The notes under the pieces: generated by a model
Told to the model about the DNA's origin: nothing
Databases searched by the model: none
What the model saw: only the letters and a program-made list of their open reading frames with translations
From: Eledone cirrhosa
Lineage: Eukaryota
NCBI GenBank assembly: GCA_964016885.1
Contig: OZ024745.1
Location: 22,134,001-22,198,000, forward strand
Direction: 5' to 3'
DNA length: 64,000 nucleotides
Program-made: the position numbers and the translations under genes
In this document: positions 1 to 12,450 of the stretch, one piece after another
How positions within the stretch are numbered: position 1 is the first letter of the stretch
How the letters are laid out: each line of letters opens with the position of its first letter

Positions 1-46
1 ATGTATGTGTATATATGTGCATAATTGTCTGACTGTGTGTATTTAT

Positions 47-138
<92 letters not shown>

Positions 139-382
139 GTGTGTGTGTGTATGTATGTCTCTATATTTATGTATGTCTGAGTGTGTGTGTGTGTGTGGTT
201 GTGTGTATATATACATGGGTATGTGTGTGTATGTATATATATGTATATGTATGTGTGTGTGTGTATATATATATATGTGTGTATATATATGTGTGTATAT
301 ATATATGTATATATATATATATATGTATGTGTATGTATGTGTGTATGTGTGTGTACATATATGTATATATGTGTGTTGTGTG

Positions 383-439
<57 letters not shown>

Positions 440-444
<5 letters not shown>

Positions 445-836
445 TGTATTTATATGTATGAGTATATGTTTTACTTGTTTTTATGTATATGCATACAAAC
501 AGGTTAATATGCGTGAGGTTAAGTATGTGTATATGTGTGTGTGTACGTATGTATGTATCGAACGTATGGATGTGTAAATGTGCGTATGTATATAAGCATG
601 TATATTTTATATCTATCTTTTATGTTTTTTTTATGTTTTTATTATATTTCTTTTATTATATTTCTTTTTATTTCTAACTTTATAGATACATTTTTATAAA
701 TATGCTGACTTTGACACTCTCCTTTAATTAATTACTCCCTACCTCCTTTTAATTCTGCATCTAAATGTAAGTGTGTGTGGCCGTGTTTATGTGTGCGCCT
801 CAATATCCATATAGTTATAATAATAATATATACGTA

Positions 837-870
<34 letters not shown>

Positions 871-1429
871 TGTGTTCGTATGTATGTGTGTGTTTATGTA
901 TATATGCGTGTGTGTGTATGAATGTATGTATATGTGTGTATATGTGTATGTGTATATATATATGTATATGTATGTATATTTTGTCTGTGGATTATAAACA
1001 TACAGAGACATTAGCCCTAAATTTTTATATTTACATACACTTTTCCGACATGCGTATGCATGTGAACATACATTTTTATGCATATCTGTGAACGAAGTTA
1101 CTTACATATATACACACACCTAACTGTATTTTCTTGATGAATTTTTATGTATTTCATTGGTCTATTTAAAATATGTTCCCAAACAGACCTGTAATTTTGA
1201 ATTGTTGTTATTATCAATAAATATACTTCATTATTTCTGAAGACAGCATATATATGTGATGGTATGTATATCCTCCTTGATAGTTTGTATAATTTTGTAC
1301 ATAGATCTTTTGAATATGCATGCCAATTCTAACACATATATGTCCTAGAAACGATCGTTAAATAATGAACTCTTTTTGTTTAATATAAGGAACTCTTTCT
1401 TTGTTTTATTCATTATTTTTTTTAATATT

Positions 1430-1432
<3 letters not shown>
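440..1432 (+). mobile_element. 3' UTR and terminal repeat of a Penelope-like element (coding part not in this segment)
   Basis: Homologous to the 3' UTR of the PLE at 52582-55722 (e.g. caaacagg..gtatcgaacgtatgga; cacacctaact..ttcttgat). Ends in an HHR shared with 33091-33731, then (TA)n. Confidence 0.75.
1227..1369 (+). ncRNA. Type I hammerhead ribozyme with long helix II insert
   Basis: ttcattattt-CTGAAGA-(about 105 nt self-complementary)-GAAA-cgatcg-TT-aaataatgaa; 10-bp helix I. Confidence 0.8.
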
Positions 1433-1464
<32 letters not shown>

Positions 1465-1465
1465 T

Positions 1466-1570
<105 letters not shown>

Positions 1571-1659
1571 GTTCAGTATGTGTGTATATGTTTGACATCT
1601 GAACGAGTATCCTCCACCTCCAACTAACTTACCCTCCACATCTTGGTCCCGGCCGATAG

Positions 1660-1760
1660 GATGGAGAATATATCATCCCGGAAGACAGCGAGGAAGACGA
1701 GCTGGGACAGCTATTCCACCACACGTACCTGCGGACAGCCCACTCCACTCCAATATCAGA
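1660..1760 (+). CDS. Candidate internal exon of an unidentified host gene (DGEYIIPEDSEEDELGQLFHHTYLRTAHSTPIS)
   Basis: ACTAAC branch-like site at 1623, C/T-rich tract, AG at 1658-1659, GC3-rich open frame, GTAAGG donor at 1761. Confidence 0.5.
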
Positions 1761-1916
1761 GTAAGGATGGGGTCCGGGTAGGAGGGGAGGGAGGACACAA
1801 GAAATACTGTACCAATACAATCCGTAAGTGGAACATTAATAACATATAAAACTTTTCTAAAGTTCAGCATGTAACTCTTCACCATTTTTCCCAAGTGTTA
1901 ATATCGAACTCCCTCG

Positions 1917-2104
1917 GGGGATTGGCAGTATCGGTAGAAGATCGGACGCCATGCTTTGCAGCATAGAGTTACGCCCCTTTATGGTCTGAGTTCAAATCCC
2001 GCCGAGGTTCACTTTGCCTTTCATCCTTACGGGGTCGATAAAATAAAGTACCAGTAATGTACTGAGATAATTGCTGGCCTTGTGCCAAAAGTAGAAACAA
2101 TTAT
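1917..2104 (+). mobile_element. tRNA-derived SINE (family S1)
   Basis: A-box-like tggcagtatcggtag, B-box gagttcaaatcc, central ctttgcctttcatcc..ggggtcgataaaataaagtaccag, tail gtagaaacaattatt; many copies in window. Confidence 0.85.
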
Positions 2105-2226
2105 TTCCTTTATATGATAAAAGCCAACTCTTTCTTTCGAGGAAAAATTTAAATAATGAAAATATTTTAACATACAGAAAGATAACAAAAGTCCACACAC
2201 ACACACATATATATATATATGTATAA

Positions 2227-2306
<80 letters not shown>

Positions 2307-2309
<3 letters not shown>

Positions 2310-2865
2310 AAGTTATATTTAAAATTGTTGGGTTACAACTAGTAAATATTTATAACTGATATAAAACAACTCGACAAATATTTGGAGTATATTTACAATA
2401 TTAAATAAATGGAAAACTATATTTATAAAACCATATTTATTTCATTATATATATTTCGGGGATATCATATTAACAATATGCTATGCCTTCATCAGACAAA
2501 ATACAATATAAACAGTTTTATAGATAAATATATTCGACATACCGTAATAAACATCAACTTCGTTTGAAGAGGTTTACTCTAGCAGTGAAAATACAGAGAG
2601 AAAGAAAGAGAGAAAGAAAAGAGGGAAAAACGAAAGAAAGAAAGACAAAACGAAGAGAAGGAAGAAAAAGAAGAAAAAGAAAAAGAAGAAATGCATGGAA
2701 CAAAATAGAGAGATGGAAAAATAGATAAAGTGAAGAGCTTCATGTAAAGAGACAGAAAGATATATATATATAGAGAGAGAGAGAGGAAATAGAGATAGAT
2801 ACATATATATATATAGAAAATTAGGTAGTGGGAGGTCATTTTGAGTAAGTGTATCAATGATACAT

Positions 2866-2904
<39 letters not shown>

Positions 2905-3902
2905 GCTCAAGTATTAATGTAAGGGAGATATATAGAGAGATATAGAGAGATATAGAGAGAGAAAAAAAAAAAAAAAAAAAAAAAAATTTAAAAATATCCA
3001 GACATATTCGAGGCGTAGAAAACCCTATGTTTTAATGTATTAGTATTTATATATTTATAAAACTTACACTACACTGTAAATATCAGTATTCCTGAGTGAA
3101 ACAAGTATTCACAATGTGTGAAAATTCATTATCTTATGTTTAGTTTTAAAAATTCATATGTCTATGTGACAGCTACAAATCTCAATTTGAATCCAACTGA
3201 TTCACTCCGCAAACTCTAAGTTATCGGAAAACATTCTCAATGTGGTATAAAAATTTGAGCGTATTATTATTCTTGCGATTACTCTACAAGATTATCTATC
3301 AAGCAGAAATAGAGAGCAGATTTCAATATACTAATCGAAAATATATATTATATTATAAACATAATAATAAGTAAAAATATAGAATAGAAAACTAAAAAAA
3401 TATTACGAAAGAATATTACATAATAAAAATATTGCATATTAAAAATACTACGTATTAAAAAATATTACGTATTAAAGATTTACATATAAAAATTTACATA
3501 TAAAAATATACATATAAAAATTTACATATAAAAATTTACATATAAAAATATATAAAAATATTAAAAAAATAAATAAAATAAAAATAAAAATATTATAGAA
3601 TACTACAATACTAAAAGAATAAAAGTAAAAATAAAAATAAAAATAAAAATAAAAATAAAAATGAAAATAAAAATAAAAATAAACCACAAAAAAACAACCC
3701 TTCAAAGTTAATTGACAATATATTGCCACGTTCACTACAAGACAAAGCCAAAAATTATCTATCAAATCACATCTAGCAAAGAATATCGTAAAAAAGATTA
3801 TGATGTCCAATTATGTCTACATATGTTCCTATGTTTAATATAGAAGTTTATCTAGTGTAAGGTTAATTCAAAAAATTTGGAGCATCGGCTTTTAGGGTAG
3901 CT
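2307..3902 (-). mobile_element. 5'-truncated PLE remnant (3' UTR, HHR and read-through tail)
   Basis: Terminal region matches 32510-32951 and 48283-48430; AT-rich UTR resembles 48500-49600; flanked by (TA)n. Confidence 0.7.
2438..2503 (-). ncRNA. Minimal type I hammerhead ribozyme
   Basis: rc: tattttgt-CTGATGA-stem II-GAAA-tatata-TA-atgaaata. Confidence 0.8.
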
Positions 3903-3934
3903 TAATATATATGTATATATATATATATATATAT

Positions 3935-3993
<59 letters not shown>

Positions 3994-3994
3994 T

Positions 3995-4724
<730 letters not shown>

Positions 4725-5768
4725 TAAAATAACAGATTAAAGTTTAAGCAAAGAATCGCTGCTTTCACCCTTAACGGGATCTTCTGAAACTAACAAAGTC
4801 AATCTGTAAACGCAGAACTGGATATTTCAAAAAACGTTGCAACCGGAGGAAGACAGGAAGACGATACTTTGGTTCGTGTTAACGTTCGCTGGCAAAGAAC
4901 GGGAAAAAACGAATTATACGTCAACCAGTAATACACTGGGTAATTGCTGGCCTTGTGCCAAAAGTAGAAACAATTAATAGGAGCGGTGAAAAACAATTAC
5001 GCGCAAAGACAAAACCACGTTTATGGTATAAAAGAGGTAGTAGATTAATGTTCTCTTAGGTGGTGCATAGAGACGTTCTCTGGCAATGAACGAAAAAACG
5101 AAGATAATAAGTCATATGTGGTGCGTGGAGAACAATAACACGCAAAGACAAAACCACGTAAATGGTATAGCAGAAATCGTAGACTAAAATTCTAACTAGG
5201 AGTCCAAATGAATCTCCGCTACAGAGTTAAGAACAAAGTAAATAAATACAATACAGAAGTAATAAAACAAATAAATACATACATGCAAACAGATACGTAC
5301 ATACACAAGCATACGCAAAACCTTACCATGGGTATACAAAACCACGCGCATATAAATATGCTTGTGTGTGTATGCTTGTGTACAAATAAATAAATAATTA
5401 TATAAACGTATATAAGTAAATAAATACGTATATAACTAGCGCACACGCATACCTACATATAAATACACGAATGTTCGGAGACGTAAGTCAACTAAAACAA
5501 GAAGTACACATATACACACACCCACCATACGTACGAACCTGCACACTCACGCGGACGCAAAACTCCCGTATACACATAGCCAAACCCTAATTACCAGAAT
5601 ATGTAAAAATTATACGCTATAACAGTCAAATATACGTACGAGAAGGTATACATACCTTCACAAAACATACGGGTAATATATACTTACCTATGCAAATAAG
5701 TAAAGGAATAAACAAAACATATACTTAGCTCCCACATCAAGACGTAAAATATCCACGTATAGATCGTG

Positions 5769-6395
5769 CTATCCGTTAGGGTCTAACGTGGGGCTGTAAT
5801 ACAGGAAAGTTTTGTGCAATTTATGTTTACAAGCCGAAATTGCCTCAGATTTTTTGTTTAAGATGTGGTCTGTAGCGTAGAGTATTTCCAGGGCCTCAGC
5901 GGCGCAGAGGTCACATGGTCTTTTATTTCCGTTATACGATCTAGCCCTAGCTAGGATATCCCAGTGTAACTTATATTGGGTGTGGTTGTCTTTTAGACTC
6001 CAGATATAAGCTGAAAGTGACGTCATATTCCTTCTTAGAGGGTAACGAAAAGAATGGGTATGCATGTAAAGACGCTGCTTGAAACTATTGGCGGTTAACC
6101 CTATGTAGGCCCTACGGGACGTGGGTGTTACAACCTTACATTTGTAGACAATGTTACTAGAGAGGTATTTCCCGGATAGGGGGCAATCAGCCCGATTCCT
6201 ACAATTACAGTTAGTACTAACTACAGGGTTGCACGTGTTCCTACGGCTAGGTAGTTTAGCTAAATTTGAAGCTGTGATGTTATGTGCAAGGTTAGGAGTC
6301 GTAGAGTAAGAAATTTTAATAGTATTTCTATTAAAAATTTTACTATATTTATGTGTAGGGGGAAAATGCTTCGTAATAAGGGAAAGAAAGATCTT
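5769..6395 (-). pseudogene. PLE ORF C-terminal fragment (Cys-rich linker plus GIY-YIG endonuclease)
   Basis: Frame is open upstream of the listed ORF: KHFPPTHKYSKIFNRNTIKISYS..NCNCRNRADCPL..IVYKC..AYIGLT..FKQR..CDLCAAE..CKH. Confidence 0.9.
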
Positions 6396-6659
6396 ATCTT
6401 CGTTTTTTCGTTCATTGCCAGAGAACGTCTCTATGCACCACCTAAGAGAACATTAGTCTACGACCTCTTTTATACCATAAACGTGGTTTTGTCTTTGCGC
6501 GTAATTGTTTTTCACCGCTCCTATTAATGACGTATTATTCGTTTTTTCCCGTTCTTTGCCAGCGAACGTTACCACGAACCAAAGTATCGTCTTCCTGTCT
6601 TCCTCCGGTTGCAACGTTTTTTGAAATATCCAGTTCTGCGTTTACAGATTGACTTTGTT

Positions 6660-6710
6660 AGTTTCAGAAGATCCCGTTAAGGGTGAAAGCAGCGATTCTT
6701 TGCTTAAACT
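6660..6710 (+). ncRNA. Hammerhead-like motif with U4A core variant (inverted copy 4741-4791)
   Basis: agttt-CAGAAGA-tccc gttaa gggt-GAAA-gca..tgc-TT-aaact. Confidence 0.55.
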
Positions 6711-6808
6711 TTATTTTAATAAATATTTGCTCTACGGTTCTTATATATTTGATATATATTTTCCTTATCGAGCCCTCTTTGGATTTTAGTCTTCAATTTT
6801 ATTATTAT

Positions 6809-6848
<40 letters not shown>

Positions 6849-6851
<3 letters not shown>

Positions 6852-8460
6852 GGAAAATTTGAACAGGAACAAAACAGAGAGGCAGTACAACGAATGTTTA
6901 TTAATTTCACGCTCTGGAGAGTGGGGTGGTGGTGGGGAACGACGTTTCGGGCATAAGCCCTTCCTCAGGTGAGAAGTGTGTGGGAAGAGAGTTCAAAGGG
7001 TGTGTAGAGGAGTGGTGGAGAGACATATAGCGAAGAGGGGGTGGGAGGAAACGGTGCGAATGAAATTAAAAATAAAAATAAAAATAAAAATAAAGCATGA
7101 TCAAAATAAAATGAAATGAAATAAAAATAAATATAAAAGCATGATCAAAATAAACTGAAATTAAAAAGGGGTAAAACAGGTGGTGGAAGGGTGTGGGGTG
7201 TGTAGGGGTGGTGGCGGGTGGAGTGGGGAGAGGGAGACGGGGTGTCCGAGGGGGAGGGCTAAAGGTGGTGTGTGTGTGTGTAGGTGTACGTGTGTGTGTG
7301 TGTATGTGAAATCAAGGGTTGGGGGAAGAACGGGGTTCCATGTTCAGGAAGAGGTGTGTGTGGGGTGGGGTGTAGGTCGGAGTGTCTGTGCGTGTGGATA
7401 GAGGGGTGGGGGGAGAGGAATCCGGAGGCTGAGGGTGTAAATATGTGGTGGAAAGCACGTGTGTGTGGGGTTTAAGCGTGTTGTGGGTGTAGGTGGCGTG
7501 TGGGAGAAAAAAAATTGTTGGGGGTGTGTGTGTGGGTGAGTTATATAGGTGATTCCGTAAGAGGATGAGGTTGAAATGTTGGTAAACTCCTATGATGTTA
7601 GTAGATTCCACGGTGGTCAAGTTCCACATACGAGTATTCCATGAAGAGATGGTCGGAAGAGGAGACATGTGGGGTGCGCGCGCAACAGGAAGTGGTCAAG
7701 GCGGTGGGAGTGCTGTGTGTCTGTTTGTGCTGGGAGGTGGTCAGAGGGCATAGCAGCAGTCGGGTGGAATGGTAAAGGGGCGAGGATGGGTCGGTGTGAA
7801 AGTTGGAGTGAGGAGGGTGTGTGTGTGTATTAGTAGAGGTGTTAGTGGGATGAGTGAGTGTGGAGAAAGGGTGTGGGTGGACCGGGGAGAGAAGGGTGTG
7901 GGGGTCGATGGAAGGAGTGTGGCGTACTGGTGTGTAGTTTGATGAAGGGGGTGTTAGTGGGTGTTTGTATACGGGAGGTGGGGAAAGGGTTGAAAGCAGG
8001 TGTGAGTGGGGGTTAGTGGTGATAGGGTGTGTAGAGTTGGTGGTGTACGAGGGTGTGTGGGTACGTGTACGTGGGGTTGCGGGGTGTTAGTGATGTTAGT
8101 TGCGTGTGGGGTGGGTGGTGTAAGTGGGTGCATGTGTTCGTGTGCTTGGGGTCAGGGGGTGTTAGTGATGTTAGTTGCGGTGTGGTGGGATGGAGGTGTG
8201 GGGGTGAGGGTTAGTGGTGGTAGTAGGGTGTGTGTTTAGTGTGAGCGCGTGTATATATGTGCCGGTGGGTGTGTGCGTGTGATAAGGAGGGGGGAGAAGA
8301 AGGGAGGGATGTTAGTATGTTAGTTGGGGAAGGGTGGACGGATGAGGGGTGGAGTGGAGGTGTTAGTATTGTTAGTTGTGGGGTGGGCGGTGAAAAGGAG
8401 GGGTGTGTTAGTGGTGTTAGTGGGGGATGTGTGTGGGAGGAGGGGGGCGGTCGAAGGCTA
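6849..8460 (-). mobile_element. G/GT-rich non-coding repeat with HHR-core-like motif, probably PLE-derived (second copy 38413-39540)
   Basis: About 1.1 kb similarity to 38413-39540; rc CTGAGGA-agggc ttat gccc-GAAA-cgtcg at 6938-6968; (TA)n at its 3' end. Confidence 0.65.
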
Positions 8461-8639
8461 AAGGAATAAGGGTGGGGAGTTCAGGCCGGGGGGGAGTGTG
8501 GGTCTGTAAGATGAAGATGGTTCTTTGTTCGACTCTAAGGAGATTGGCGGATGTTCCGTGGCATTGGAGTAGGCCACAGACTGTGAGATGGCGTGCGGAA
8601 TGTCCAGGGGCTCCAAAGTGGCGGGCGATGGGGGAACTA

Positions 8640-9590
8640 CCACCGAGACGAATATCCTGTCACATTACAGCTTCAGCATTCAGTGACCAAAAGAAGGGAG
8701 CTAGATGTAAAAGCCAAACTCGCTATCTTCAATTCGGTATTCGTGCCAAATCTTACTTGTGGGCATGAATCTAAACTATAATAAAGTAAGGAGTGCAGGA
8801 CTGCGTCCAGAATATATATATTTTTTTATCCCGTTTGTAAAATAAGTTGGATTACGTTGAATAAATAATATGAATATAAATGAATATTACATAATTTATC
8901 TACTAAATTTCGCTATTCTTCATTAAATATAAATAATTTTGTTGCTTATTTTAAGATTCACTTCTTTAAAATTTTCAAATATCAACACTTCCGGTTAGCA
9001 ATCGCTTAAATAAACAGTCATATCTTTCCGTCACCAATTTTCTCCTAATGCAGTTTATATATAATATCGTCTTTTTTTAATGTATCATGGATTACGTTAC
9101 TGATTACATAAGACAGTGTAACGCACTCTTCGTTCAATTTCTGTGTATATTGTCAATTATGACTTTATTTGATGTATCATATCTACATGCATATATACTT
9201 GCGTATAATATCAATATACACACTACACATGCTAGCAGAAAACCACCCGAAAGGTGGTTTTTCTGCTAGTCTTGTGTAATGACCGAAAGAATATGATCGC
9301 GAATACAAATGGATGAAATGGAGTGCCTCAGTAGGGTATTCGGAGTAACGCGATTGAATGCAGTGTGTAGCTCGGACATCAGTAGAGTCACTCCAGTTTG
9401 AGCTGCTACCACTCCGAATTTAGAGATCACAGTTCCGATATTCCGGGCATGTGGTTAGAATGTCTCAAAAAATGAATCGCTGGGCAGATTTAACGGGCAA
9501 AAACCAACCGGTAGGAGACCCAGATGTAGACCCTGGGCAAGATGGTTGGGTGACATCCAAGATCTCCGCTGGTCTCGCTTAACGATTCAG
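8640..9590 (+). mobile_element. Degenerate RTE-clade LINE fragment split by a Helitron
   Basis: ..ELDVKAKLAIFNSVFVPNLTCGHE | SCVMTERI..GHVVRM..GRRPRCRPWARW resumes in phase across the 8770-9269 insertion. Confidence 0.75.
8770..9269 (+). mobile_element. Non-autonomous Helitron (500 bp)
   Basis: 5' TC, 3' hairpin aaccacc-cgaa-aggtggtt then CTAG; inserted between A and T (gaa^tct) with no TSD. Confidence 0.8.
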
Positions 9591-9658
9591 GTGGCTCACA
9601 CACACACATACACACATAAACACACGCACACACACACACACACACATACACACACACA

Positions 9659-9710
<52 letters not shown>

Positions 9711-10054
9711 TACATATATGAGAGAGTATTGAATTTTGCTTGGAGCATTGTGGAACATGAAAAATGGCCATTTTTGGAAGCGTCTACAAGGCAGATGGAT
9801 AAATCTCCGGCTAACAAGATCAGGTGACAGTAGGAAGAATAGGAATAAAGAGGAAAGGAGGAAATAGGAAAAATAAATGTGAAATGAAATGAAAACCAGA
9901 GATGAAGTTAACTTGGAATCGATTTATTGGTCCTTATATTTCTGATTTTTCACCTTTCATCAGATGGAGTTTGAACGAAATTCGGTGTACGCGTACACGA
10001 AATCGGGACGGTAATTCAGAGGTCGTCAATATATATATATAAATATATATATAT

Positions 10055-10250
10055 TTATTAAAATAACAGATTAAAGTTTAAGCAAAGAATCGCTGCTTTC
10101 ACCCTTAACGGGAAGGGTGAAAGCAGCGATTCTTTGCTTAAACTTTAATCTGTTATTTTAATAAATATTTGCTCTACGGTTCTTATATATTTTATATATA
10201 TTTTCCTTATCGAGCCCTCTTTGGATTTTAGTCTTCAATTTTATTATTAT

Positions 10251-10253
<3 letters not shown>
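10055..10253. mobile_element. Short fold-back PLE terminus of the 4721-6812 family (further fragments near 32447, 51115, 60717, 62445)
   Basis: Inverted arms identical to the ends of 4721-6812; (TA)n flanks. Confidence 0.8.
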
Positions 10254-10296
<43 letters not shown>

Positions 10297-10302
<6 letters not shown>

Positions 10303-10660
10303 GTGAGGTTTTTTTTTTACAAAATGAAAAATAACCGAGGTGTCCTACACGAGTGAAAGTATAAAGAAAAAAAGATGAAATCGAAAATGCAACTGGAGTC
10401 TTATTTAAAAAAAATATATATATATTTATTTGGTTCCTTTACCGGTTTCGCAGTTCTTCTGCTTTTCAAAGGGTGAGTTGAGATGGTGGGTCTGTGGTTT
10501 TTCTCACATCAGATGTGAGAAAAACCACAGACCCTCCATCTCAACTCACCTTTTGAAAAGCAGAAGAACTGCGAAACCGGTAAAGGAACCAAATAAATAT
10601 ATATATTTAAAAAAAAAATAAAACTCCAGTTACATTTTCGATTTCATCACTTTTTCTTTA
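10297..10660. mobile_element. Fold-back HHR element centred at about 10510
   Basis: Near-perfect palindrome of about 150-bp arms plus a one-sided extension; (TA)n flanks. Confidence 0.8.
10549..10586 (+). ncRNA. Minimal hammerhead with U3-A8 covariant core (inverted copy 10436-10473)
   Basis: cctt-TTGAAAA-gcag aagaa ctgc-GAAA-ccgg-TA-aagg. Confidence 0.7.
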
Positions 10661-10673
10661 TATATATATATAT

Positions 10674-10860
10674 AATATAGAAAAGACTTGTACAAAACTA
10701 GAACTATTTCATTCGGGAGAAATCATCAGGAAGCTTCCTGATGATTTCTCCCGAATGAAACAGTTCTAGTCCCGTAGAGGCCTATTCTATATTAAATATT
10801 TATACTCTGCTTTGTATTGAGTACCTTGCTGTGGTTACTCCCGATTGAACCCGGGATAAA

Positions 10861-10865
<5 letters not shown>
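10674..10865. mobile_element. Fold-back element with HHR core, centred on ggaagcttcc
   Basis: CTGATGA..GAAA at 10738-10760 and its inverse; extension carries ACTC..GAGTAC. Confidence 0.65.
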
Positions 10866-10900
<35 letters not shown>

Positions 10901-10905
<5 letters not shown>

Positions 10906-11271
10906 ATATTAAATAAATGGAAACTATATTTATAAAACCATATTTATTCTATTATATATATTTCAAAGGTAGCAAAACTTTGGTACGCTCTCATCAGATA
11001 AAATACAAAAAAAAACTTGAACCGTTAAGGTATCTTTTCTTGGTTATGTCAAAATTTATAAAGCAAACTTTGTATTTTATCTGATGAGAGCGTACCAAAG
11101 TTTTGGTACCCTTGAAATATATATAATAGAATAAATATGGTTTTATAAATATAGTTTCCATTTATTTAATATCATTGAATATTATACTCCAGAAAACTGT
11201 CGAGTGCTCTCAATCAGTTATAAACATTTATATTTGTTGAATTACCAACGAATTGAATATCCCTTTAGCTT
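10901..11271. mobile_element. Fold-back PLE termini with two HHRs (10945-11005 minus, 11073-11133 plus)
   Basis: tattttat-CTGATGA-gagcgtacc..ggtaccctt-GAAA-tatata-TA-atagaata; same family as the 48283 PLE end. Confidence 0.85.
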
Positions 11272-11521
11272 ATATATATATATAATCATGGATCAACTAA
11301 GCACTCTTGCTATATTAAGACATTTTGATCTGCTTAACTTCAATGACTATGCTTGTAAATAACATTATTTTTTCTTCCACATTGATTTTTTATGTTCTAC
11401 ATTATGCACGTTTTTTTTCCTTTTTCTTTTTTCTTTTCACTTCATAAACCTTGTTTGTAAATAACATTATTCTTTCTGCACCTTCTGTTTAACATGTGCG
11501 ACACCACACTAATACATTTCA

Positions 11522-11564
11522 CTATCATTTGATAATGCATACAAATGCTGAAACCGGTAATAGA
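11522..11564 (+). ncRNA. Hammerhead-like motif with U3-A8 core in a (TA)n-flanked element (about 11285-11755)
   Basis: TTGATAA-tgcat acaa atgct-GAAA-ccgg-TA; helix I imperfect. Confidence 0.5.
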
Positions 11565-11750
11565 CAATAATTAAATATATAAATAGATAAATAAATGTGA
11601 TTGTTAAATAATAAATAAATCAACTAATACCTTAACACTTCACACAAAGTAAAACATTTCGTTTTAACCATTTTCTAACCCAGAAAAAAAGAGAGAAACA
11701 AAAAAGGAAAAAAAAATATTTTTCTTCCTAATAATCGTCTCTTTCTCCGT

Positions 11751-11802
<52 letters not shown>

Positions 11803-11899
11803 ACGTATATGCGTGTGTGTGTGCATGTGTGGGTGTGAGTCTGTGGGATGGAATGAACCTGCATGTACTTACTAGTTTAGTATGCGTGCACAAGAAGCT

Positions 11900-12364
11900 G
11901 CAGGGCTTAGTGGTTAGGCTGTTTGATTCATGATCGTAAAGCTATGAGTTCGAATCATGCGGTGTGTTGTATCCCTGATAATCTATTTCACACTGTTCCT
12001 ATGTACGTAGGTATTTTGGATGAATTTATTAAGATTTGTTGGTGAAGCAAGAGACTCTCTAGGAGAAGGTAACTCTGATATAAAACCTACGACTTCGTTT
12101 ATATCCAACGATGTAGACCAGTTCTATGTTTTGGGTAAATGCATTCGATGTTCAGAGAGTTGGATTGGCTCCGGGCAACGCCTTTCCTCACTTTAAAATA
12201 ATTTCAAGTAAAGGCATCGGTTGAGATGTGACATTTTTTGCGCTGCATGGGATTGTTGGCGATGGGCAAGTCCCTAGCAGGACTAAAAAGCCACGTCCGT
12301 GATACTCATGCTTAAGTACCAAGCGATGGCATTACTTGAAATCAAGTTGCAACCACCATCATCA

Positions 12365-12370
<6 letters not shown>
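11900..12370 (+). mobile_element. Degenerate tRNA-head SINE followed by RTE-derived sequence related to 3995-4605
   Basis: ggcttagtggttag..gagttcgaatc boxes; ctaggagaaggtaactctgatataa; 3' tacttgaaatcaagttgcaaccaccat. Confidence 0.45.

Positions 12371-12450
<80 letters not shown>

Noticed and set aside
1917-2000. tRNA gene
   Set aside because: A/B boxes belong to a multi-copy SINE head; no full cloverleaf.
9935-9980. Possible minus-strand hammerhead (CTGATGA..GAAA)
   Set aside because: Helices I-III too degraded to support.
10297-11271. Reading the fold-backs as TIR MITEs with TA TSDs
   Set aside because: Arms are asymmetric, truncated at variable inner points, contain HHRs, and in several families match termini of RT/GIY-YIG-coding PLEs.
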